Shown here: piece after piece, positions 30,488 to 36,474 of the stretch
How positions within the stretch are numbered: the first letter of the stretch is position 1
Layout: each line of letters begins with the position of its first letter
Source: a virus
DNA length: 36,474 nt
Virus record (IMG/VR): IMGVR_UViG_3300037310_000190
Coordinates: 1-36,474 of that record
Reading direction: 5' to 3' (one strand)
Notes under the pieces: model-generated
What the model was told of the DNA's origin: nothing
Database searches by the model: none
What the model saw: the letters and a program-made list of their open reading frames with translations, nothing else
Position numbers and translations under genes: made by a program

Positions 30488-32409
30488 ACGACCTGCTAGC
30501 TGAAGCGATCTCGAATGCAAGGTCGAAACAAGTCCGCTCAATAGTCGATTGGGCCACGCATGAGGTAGTTGTGCCGGACGGAAAATTTCGTGGGCAGCGA
30601 CTACGACTAGATACTCAGCCGGTCGCGCGTCTATGGTTAGAGGCGATCGATTCGGGTCGGTGGACGGAGTGTGTTTATACTGGGCCAAGTCAATCAGGAA
30701 AAACGCTGATTGGCTATGTTGTGCCGCTGCTATACCACACGTGCGAGCTGGCGGAATCGTGCGTGATGGGAGTGCCATTCGGCGATATGGCGGCGAATAA
30801 ATGGCGCATGGATGTACGGCCTGTACTCGCAGCTAGTCCCAATCTGCGTGAGTGTATACCGGCGTATGGTGAAGGGAGCGCAGGTGGCAAGGCAAAAGAC
30901 ATGATCTCGCTAAACAGCGGAGGTGTAATAAAAATCATCAGCGCTGGCGGGGACGATGCGAATAAAGCCGGATTTACCGCGCGCGTCGTGGTCATCACCG
31001 AGGCTGCTAGATTTTCGCATGGATCAGATACCAGCGAAGAGTCGGACCCGTTGCGTCAGCTGCGCGCGAGGCAGCGAGCGTATCCCGACACCGAGCGCAG
31101 AACATATATTGAGGGCACAACTACGATCGAAAGTGAACTGCCGTGGAGACTGCGAGCACAATCGACCCGCTCGAAGATTGTTACTCCATGTCCACATTGC
31201 CGAGGCTGGATTTCGCCAGAGCGAAGCGATCTGCTGGGATGGGACCAAGAGACCGAATCGCAAGCGAGAGCATGTGCTCGGTGGTATTGTCCAGCATGTG
31301 GCCAAGAAATCAGCGACGACCAAAGGCGAGACAGTCTTCAGCGGGCAGTACTGCTGCACGGCGAACAAACAATTGACGGCGAAGGTAATGTGGCAGGTGA
31401 TGCGCCAGATACTAGTCGATTATGGTTTCGCACAAGCGCATGGCACAATTGTTTTTTGGACGCGGGAGATTTGGGAGTCGATGAATGGAGAGCGGCTCAA
31501 ATTCAGGAGAACTCGCCGGAAAGAAGTTCAGCAGACAAAGAGCTTTGTCAATTCGTGTGGTGTACGCCATACGCGCCGCCAAAATTTGAGGCGGATTTAG
31601 ATATCGATCGAGATGTAGTAGGGAGAGAGAGAATGCGGCCAGGGTGGCCGAAAGGTCTTGTTCCGCGCGAGACGGAGGATGTCGCGTTGGCAATCGATTT
31701 GGGAGAAAAGGAGGGATGGTATCTTCTGTTATCGCTATTTGGTGATGGGCGTAAGCACGTGATAGACTACGGGGCGTTCGACGTGCTTAGCCATACGAAA
31801 CCAGTAGAGGACGCGATCAAAGAGGCGCTAGATGAGATGCGGACGCGGTGGGAATCGGGATGGATTTGCGATTCAGTAGAATCAGCAACAAGATCTCCTG
31901 ATGAAATATGGATTGATGCTGGGAACTGGGGCGAGACGGTGAAGCAGTGGGCGAGCGGTAAGGGACGGACGATTGTGGCAGCGTATGGAAGAGGAGAAAC
32001 GCAGCTCGAGCGCTCGCGGTTTGAGCTGCCCAAAAAAACCGGAAGCCATGTTATTGAGGTCGATAAGCGTGGTCGCTATTATTGCTCATTTATTCCAGCG
32101 TCCCGGTGTTACGCAGTGTTTTGGGATGCTGATTTAGGAAAATATGAATCGCAACAAAGCTTGACGCTGCCCCTCAGTGCTCCAGGCGCAACAACGCTGT
32201 TTGCCGGTACGCGGCGAGAGCATGAGCGATTCGCCAGGCACATTTGCAACGAGAAGCTAATCACAGAACACCATGCAATTCGTGGCGAAAAGCAGTACTG
32301 GAAACGAACTGGCGCGAATCACCTGGGCGATTGCCTAGCGATGGCGTGTGTAGCCGTGACACGCGCACAAGCCAGACGAATTCGGGCAATAGGTACGGAA
32401 TGGGACTGA
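30484..32409 (+). CDS. terL: Terminase large subunit, lambda GpA family.
   Basis: Walker A is YTGPSQSGKT. A zinc-ribbon pair, CPHCRGW...YCPACGQ, is typical of GpA-type terminases. It is 641 aa. Confidence 0.85.
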   Translation: MNDLLAEAISNARSKQVRSIVDWATHEVVVPDGKFRGQRLRLDTQPVARLWLEAIDSGRWTECVYTGPSQSGKTLIGYVVPLLYHTCELAESCVMGVPFGDMAANKWRMDVRPVLAASPNLRECIPAYGEGSAGGKAKDMISLNSGGVIKIISAGGDDANKAGFTARVVVITEAARFSHGSDTSEESDPLRQLRARQRAYPDTERRTYIEGTTTIESELPWRLRAQSTRSKIVTPCPHCRGWISPERSDLLGWDQETESQARACARWYCPACGQEISDDQRRDSLQRAVLLHGEQTIDGEGNVAGDAPDTSRLWFRTSAWHNCFLDAGDLGVDEWRAAQIQENSPERSSADKELCQFVWCTPYAPPKFEADLDIDRDVVGRERMRPGWPKGLVPRETEDVALAIDLGEKEGWYLLLSLFGDGRKHVIDYGAFDVLSHTKPVEDAIKEALDEMRTRWESGWICDSVESATRSPDEIWIDAGNWGETVKQWASGKGRTIVAAYGRGETQLERSRFELPKKTGSHVIEVDKRGRYYCSFIPASRCYAVFWDADLGKYESQQSLTLPLSAPGATTLFAGTRREHERFARHICNEKLITEHHAIRGEKQYWKRTGANHLGDCLAMACVAVTRAQARRIRAIGTEWD

Positions 32410-32410
32410 C

Positions 32411-33817
32411 ATGAATCGACATAATCCCGGATGTGGATGCTGTGAGTGCGTGCTCCACGAAAGCCCGCCGTGGGACGGGTGGACGGGCGGCGAAATCGTA
32501 TACGATCGCTACGTTGTGGACGAACCGGGTGCGGCATTCCAGTTGACGGGGCCGACGCAATTTGCGCGGGTGAGAGTGTATATCGAGGTGGAATCGGCGG
32601 ATGTTATTCGGGCAGCGTTGGCGTGCTTTCGAAACGGCGAACCCGCAGGCGGACCATCGCCGTTAATTGCCTTTGGTGCAGACCGAGTCAAGGCGTATGA
32701 CGAAAAATGCAATTTATCTACGATGTGGATTACACAAGCTGAACACGATTTGCTCGGTCCGTGTTGGGCCTACAACACGAGTGCAAGACGACTGACGCCG
32801 GTGGCCGCGCGGTTCTCGCTGCTGGAGATAGAGCAATTCGGGCAACTGGTGCGCGGACGCGTCGTGGTGGCCTGGGAATATGAGCAACTGAAAGACCAGT
32901 CGCATCTAAGCGATTACAACTACCAAGTGGAATGGTCGGATGAGTATGCATCTGCAACAAGCTTTGATGAAATTCGCGTTGCTGTCGAAGGCCAAGTAGT
33001 GATACGGGAGATGATTATCACTGGGCAACTCGATAGCGATGCGTGGGATTCGCAGGCGTCAACCTACATCCCGAACCTGATATGTGCGCGTCAGCAAGTA
33101 GTAAAGGAGTGTGAGCCTAGCGCGCTAGCCTGTTGCTGGGTGCAGCGAGCAAACTATCAACAGACGTTAACGATTTCGTTTGTCGACGGGGTGCAAGATC
33201 ACGTTAGTTCGTTTGGGGCGGGCTATCAGCGAATTGTTGGGCAAATGACTGGCGCGAGCGGCGGAAATGGCACCTATATCAAACAATCGTCGAAGCCAGT
33301 CGACGAAAACGGATGCTATCACGGGTGCTTTGGGACACAGTTAGGGCCAATGATCAAGGAGTGGGAAATAAATGCTAACTGGAAACTTTATTGGTCACAA
33401 TTTCAAGACGGTCCCTGGACGTTGCTAAACGAAATAGACGTGTCAGATATCGCGTACATTCGCGATTTTGGTTGGCGGCTTGGGAATTCGTTAGAGTACA
33501 TGGGAATAGAGTTGTCGTGCCGGAGCTTCGTGAGTTACGGTGTCACGTACACCGGAGGAACGATTGACAACCCGACTGTGACAGTAACCGGCGGATATAT
33601 CACACATAATCCAGTTCAGCCAGCGCATCCAATCTATCGAGATTACAAGTATTATTCGGTCAGCTGGTACTGTCACAGCACGAAGCGTATAGACTTTACT
33701 GTATTAGAGCCACCGAGTAGCGCCGGAGCTGGCACGCCCAACGCCGGAGTCGTAAGCGCCGGATACACGTTGCGCTACCTGGCAGAGCCGAATCCGTTTG
33801 GCGGATCAGTGCCGTGA
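32411..33817 (+). CDS. Hypothetical W/Y-rich beta-type protein (468 aa) with a Cys-cluster N-terminus.
   Basis: It starts MNRHNPGCGCCEC. No motif recognised. It is possibly a virion or fibre protein. Confidence 0.7.
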   Translation: MNRHNPGCGCCECVLHESPPWDGWTGGEIVYDRYVVDEPGAAFQLTGPTQFARVRVYIEVESADVIRAALACFRNGEPAGGPSPLIAFGADRVKAYDEKCNLSTMWITQAEHDLLGPCWAYNTSARRLTPVAARFSLLEIEQFGQLVRGRVVVAWEYEQLKDQSHLSDYNYQVEWSDEYASATSFDEIRVAVEGQVVIREMIITGQLDSDAWDSQASTYIPNLICARQQVVKECEPSALACCWVQRANYQQTLTISFVDGVQDHVSSFGAGYQRIVGQMTGASGGNGTYIKQSSKPVDENGCYHGCFGTQLGPMIKEWEINANWKLYWSQFQDGPWTLLNEIDVSDIAYIRDFGWRLGNSLEYMGIELSCRSFVSYGVTYTGGTIDNPTVTVTGGYITHNPVQPAHPIYRDYKYYSVSWYCHSTKRIDFTVLEPPSSAGAGTPNAGVVSAGYTLRYLAEPNPFGGSVP

Positions 33818-34761
33818 TTCGGTGCGTGAGCTGCGGCGCAAGGTTTGTGAGTAGCGACTTTTCATGTTGCTCCAATCAATCGCTGAAACAAGCGAACGAA
33901 GTTCATCGACCGTCGGGAAAAATAGTCGTTTGTCTCCCCGTCGGCAAAGAAACTCTGATTTATTTGGCCGAGTGTATAGCGTGGCTCAATCGATCACATA
34001 CACCGATTGAGCTATGGATTGTCGGTGATGCATGCGAAGTGCCTAAGATCAGTAGTCGATGGACTACGGAGTTGCGAATAACCAAGGAAAACGTGGGTCC
34101 GTATGCGATCGCCAACGCGGTAGCGAGAGAGTGTGAGGGAGAGTGGCTAGCGATTCAGGACGGAGACGATTTAAGCCTTCCGCATCGATTCGCGGCGAGT
34201 CTATCGGCGGCAGCGGGGTTTGATCATTTGTCTGGCGCAATGGCAAATTTTACAGACTCAGACAGCGCGGCGCTGAAGGCGCGAGTAATAGCATCGCCGC
34301 TGTTGACATCGACGGCGATGCGACAAGTCAACGGGGTGCGGATGATTCGCGTGTCAGTGTTTCGGCAGCTAAAAGGATTTGCGAAGTTGCGCTACAGTGC
34401 GGATAGTGAATTTGATCGTCGATGCGCGGCGGAAGGTGTGAAGACGACATACATAAGGGAGGTTCTGGGTCTTCGCAGGATTCACGAACGGGCGGCAACT
34501 GTCGTCCATCGCTTGCATCGTGACAGAGTCGAGGCGCGTCAAGTGCTGGCCGGGGCCATCGACTCGGCTCCAGTGTTGTATCCTTGGTCATGTGATGCGA
34601 CGACGCAAAACCGATATCGGATTTGCGACGTTTGCGACCACTCTTTGCCCGATAGTTCTGGTCGATGTAAACTGCTAGTAGATCGAGGATATCCAGGCGT
34701 GATTGCACATCCTCGCGGAGCACCTCGCGAGGCGACCAGGTGCCCCATTGGTAAGTGGTGA
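33814..34761 (+). CDS. Family-2 (GT-A fold) glycosyltransferase.
   Basis: IVVCLPVGKE...IELWIVGDAC...NVGPYAIANAVARECEGEWLAIQDGDDLSLPHR fits the GT2 pattern, including the DxD-type QDGDD motif. GTGA overlap. Confidence 0.7.
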   Translation: MIRCVSCGARFVSSDFSCCSNQSLKQANEVHRPSGKIVVCLPVGKETLIYLAECIAWLNRSHTPIELWIVGDACEVPKISSRWTTELRITKENVGPYAIANAVARECEGEWLAIQDGDDLSLPHRFAASLSAAAGFDHLSGAMANFTDSDSAALKARVIASPLLTSTAMRQVNGVRMIRVSVFRQLKGFAKLRYSADSEFDRRCAAEGVKTTYIREVLGLRRIHERAATVVHRLHRDRVEARQVLAGAIDSAPVLYPWSCDATTQNRYRICDVCDHSLPDSSGRCKLLVDRGYPGVIAHPRGAPREATRCPIGKW

Positions 34762-34802
34762 CGAAAAAGAGAAGCGAAAAGCGAGCTGGCCACGGTAGGA
34801 CG

Positions 34803-35180
34803 ATGATGGAAGGTACGAAAGATTCCCGCACAATTGCGGCGGTACGCGTGCAAAGAAAGCGGACCAAGGGATACAGGTTGCCAAGCGACACTGTATCAGT
34901 GTGTCGCCCTGGTAAATTTGGAAATCCGTTCACGATTAAACAATATCGAGATGCAGGTGTATCTGGGACAGATGCAGAACTGGCTGCGCTGGCAGTTGCA
35001 GCGTTTCGGGATTGGTTGTGCGATGGCGAAACAGATGAGGCAAAAGCGGAGATTATCAATAATCTTTCCTCGTTGCGCGGGAAAAATCTAGCATGTTTTT
35101 GTTCGCTCGATTCTCCTTGCCACGCTGACGTATTGCTCGAGTACGCAAACGCGGGAGCACACGCCGCGGGTCCTTCCTAG
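34803..35180 (+). CDS. DUF4326-domain protein.
   Basis: VCRPGKFGNPF...AAFRDWL...LRGKNLACFCSLDSPCHADVLLEYAN matches the DUF4326 signature as I remember it. The frame opens at a GTG at 34755, but the ATG at 34803 has a better RBS (GGTAGGA). Confidence 0.75.
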   Translation: MMEGTKDSRTIAAVRVQRKRTKGYRLPSDTVSVCRPGKFGNPFTIKQYRDAGVSGTDAELAALAVAAFRDWLCDGETDEAKAEIINNLSSLRGKNLACFCSLDSPCHADVLLEYANAGAHAAGPS

Positions 35181-35201
35181 CACCCCCTCCTGCGGGGCGT
35201 A

Positions 35202-35226
35202 GCCCGGACATCGGGCACTTTTTTTT
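35202..35226 (+). terminator. Rho-independent terminator 1 at the end of the late operon.
   Basis: Stem GCCCG, loop GACAT, stem CGGGC, followed by AC and T8. Confidence 0.8.
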
Positions 35227-35232
35227 CGCACG

Positions 35233-35268
35233 CCACCCCCCAAACGGCGGTTTGTGTGGGGTTTTTTT
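35233..35268 (+). terminator. Rho-independent terminator 2 (imperfect stem).
   Basis: CCACCCCCCAAAC...GTTTGTGTGGGG forms a bulged hairpin followed by T7. Confidence 0.6.
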
Positions 35269-35295
35269 GGTGGGTTTGGTGGGTTTGGTGGGTTT
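35269..35295 (+). repeat. Tandem 9-mer GGTGGGTTT x3, with a degenerate fourth unit upstream.
   Basis: Read directly. It lies between the late terminators and the early promoter. Confidence 0.95.
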
Positions 35296-35385
35296 CACCC
35301 GCGGGTCGCGTGAATCAATAACTCTAGTCCTGACAAGCACTTACGTTGATTTCAGAAAAAATCCGAGAATTCTTCGCTCAAGCTA

Positions 35386-35414
35386 TTGACGCGACGGCGA
35401 CGAATTGGTATAAT
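35386..35414 (+). promoter_or_regulatory. Near-consensus sigma70 early promoter.
   Basis: TTGACG (35386-35391), an exactly 17-nt spacer, then TATAAT (35409-35414). All downstream genes are co-oriented. Confidence 0.75.
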
Positions 35415-35440
35415 ATGTGAGTCGTGAGGTGATTCAGGGA

Positions 35441-35464
35441 GTGACTGAGTGACTGAGTGACTGA
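35441..35464 (+). repeat. Tandem 8-mer GTGACTGA x3 in the early leader.
   Basis: Three perfect copies. Three further GTGA words lie just upstream, at 35417-35434. Confidence 0.95.
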
Positions 35465-35485
35465 TCCGAAACAATAGGAAAAAGC

Positions 35486-35728
35486 ATGAACAATTACTAC
35501 ATCCAAAACGTCGCAGGCGGAAACAGGATGCGATTCCGGCTGACACGCCGAGGAATGAGTACAGCCGCCCTCCGGCACGCGATCGAGTGCGGCGCGTGCG
35601 GCGGACCACTATTCAGTGGCGCGGCTGCCGCCGAGGCAGAGGCGGAATACGACGAGATATACGAGCAGTACCTGATGGGCCAGTGCACTCCGCGCGTGGA
35701 GGCAATGTTTACCCGATGTACACAATAG
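35486..35728 (+). CDS. Small early protein, paralog 1 (80 aa).
   Basis: AGGAAA RBS. It shares MS..A..HAI.CG..G..F.G..A.AEA with the next gene. Confidence 0.65.
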   Translation: MNNYYIQNVAGGNRMRFRLTRRGMSTAALRHAIECGACGGPLFSGAAAAEAEAEYDEIYEQYLMGQCTPRVEAMFTRCTQ

Positions 35729-35934
35729 AAAGCTGGTCTGGAGACCGGAAGAAATTTGCGTGGGCGGGGGCAATGAGTATAGACGCCATCTGCCACGCAA
35801 TCGATTGCGGTATGCGCGGGGAGCTGATATTCGGCGGGCCGGATGCGGACGCCGCCGAGGCGGACTTTGTTGGGCGCTGCGTGATGATAGAGCAGTTCAT
35901 GGCGTCCCTGCCCTCCCCTGATGATGAAGAGTAG
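35716..35934 (+). CDS. Small early protein, paralog 2 (72 aa).
   Basis: ATG at 35716, within the frame listed as 35587..35934. It is a paralog of the 35486 product and overlaps that gene by 13 nt. Confidence 0.6.
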   Translation: MYTIESWSGDRKKFAWAGAMSIDAICHAIDCGMRGELIFGGPDADAAEADFVGRCVMIEQFMASLPSPDDEE

Positions 35935-35939
35935 TAGCT

Positions 35940-36038
35940 CACTCCTCCGTCGCGTGTGCCCCCGAGCGCGACGGTGAGGCCGAATCGGGGTCGCTGGGTG
36001 CGGGCGTATCGCACCAGACCGCTGGCCAGCGGGGCGCG
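35940..36038 (+). repeat. 99-nt structured element, copy B. Its partner is at 971-1069.
   Basis: The hairpin pairs 35947-35954 with 35967-35974 (8 bp, 12-nt loop). The 14-bp palindrome CCGCTGGCCAGCGG is at 36019-36032. It starts right after the TAGTAG stops. Confidence 0.85.
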
Positions 36039-36082
36039 CGACGGGTGATCGCGCGGCGAAGCGGCGATGGAGAGTTTGTCGG

Positions 36083-36474
36083 ATGAAGACTATCAAAGAA
36101 CTGATAAGCCGTGGTGATGATGATCTCACACAGTGGCTCGGGCTCGATGTGTCATCAGCGTGGCACGATCTCTCTGATGACGAGAGAGACTGGCTAGTGG
36201 ATGCCGGGATAGTCCGCGAGGTGCGGGCGTCTGTGGTCTGCACCAGTGCTCAGCACTGGTCAGATGACTGGCAGCCCGAGTCGGGGGCTAGTTGGCCTGC
36301 ATACTCACTAGAGATCCGGGCTGACGGGATGGCCCCTTTGACCGTCGAGGGATGGCATGTCGTCGGACCAGACGTGATCACTGGAGATCGCGGATGGGGA
36401 GTCAGCGATGACGACGGCTGCTATCGAGGCACTCCTCGCGTGGACGGCTGGGCGATCGAGGAGTTTGATCGCAT
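36083..36474 (+). CDS. 5' part of the junction-spanning acidic early protein gene (continues at base 1).
   Basis: The ATG at 36083 has GGAGAG 8 nt upstream. The frame stays open to the window end and matches the frame of 27..968 through the 127-bp overlap. Confidence 0.75.
   Translation, partial: MKTIKELISRGDDDLTQWLGLDVSSAWHDLSDDERDWLVDAGIVREVRASVVCTSAQHWSDDWQPESGASWPAYSLEIRADGMAPLTVEGWHVVGPDVITGDRGWGVSDDDGCYRGTPRVDGWAIEEFDR
36348..36474. repeat. Terminal overlap copy 2 (identical to 1-127).
   Basis: 127/127 identity by direct comparison. Confidence 0.95.

Noticed and set aside
1-36474. Integrase, excisionase, CI-type repressor or partition genes that would indicate a temperate or plasmid-prophage lifestyle.
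   Set aside because: I found no tyrosine- or serine-recombinase motifs and no ParA/ParB-like proteins in any frame. The absence rests on motif recognition only and should be confirmed with profile searches.

Overview
The window is a complete, circularly closed dsDNA tailed-phage genome. Bases 1-127 are identical to 36348-36474, so the unique length is 36347 bp.

Gene content, assigned from motifs I recognise (no searches were run):
- Lambda-type packaging and head genes: Nu1-like TerS, GpA-like TerL, gpW-like protein, lambda-family portal, an HK97/S78-type prohead protease fused to a capsid protein, and a DUF2190 decoration-like protein.
- A long-tail module: a tube-like protein, a 752-aa tape measure and a 712-aa distal tail protein.
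- A lambda nin-like recombination/replication set: PD-(D/E)XK exonuclease, DUF3102 protein, SF2 helicase and NinG.
- A Dam-family N6-adenine methyltransferase.

Architecture:
- An early plus-strand unit starts at a consensus sigma70 promoter (35386-35414), crosses the contig junction and runs to about 8841.
- A leaderless two-gene minus-strand cassette lies at 9114-10612, with dam next to it.
- A tightly coupled late plus-strand operon runs from 11523 to 35180 and ends at twin intrinsic terminators. Many of its genes have ATGA/GTGA start-stop overlaps.

I saw no integrase, CI-type repressor, DNA polymerase, tRNA, CRISPR array or canonical muramidase/amidase endolysin.

Most noteworthy observations:
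1. A phage-encoded TatA-like gene sits 330 nt downstream of a gene whose product starts with a textbook twin-arginine signal peptide.
2. A late cluster encodes a class-3 lipase, a small Cys/Pro-rich secreted peptide and a secreted trypsin-like protease carrying collagen repeats and a CxxC thioredoxin-like end. This cluster sits where lysis genes would be expected.
3. Two 99-nt, about 93% identical structured elements with a 14-bp perfect palindrome bracket an acidic, almost lysine-free early gene.
4. The two minus-strand genes are of unknown function.
5. The intergenic control region at 35181-35485 is dense with repeats.
6. CGATCG and the HIP1 octamer GCGATCGC are strongly over-represented, which hints at a cyanobacterial host.

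All functional calls rest on remembered motifs, so exact starts and family names need confirmation.
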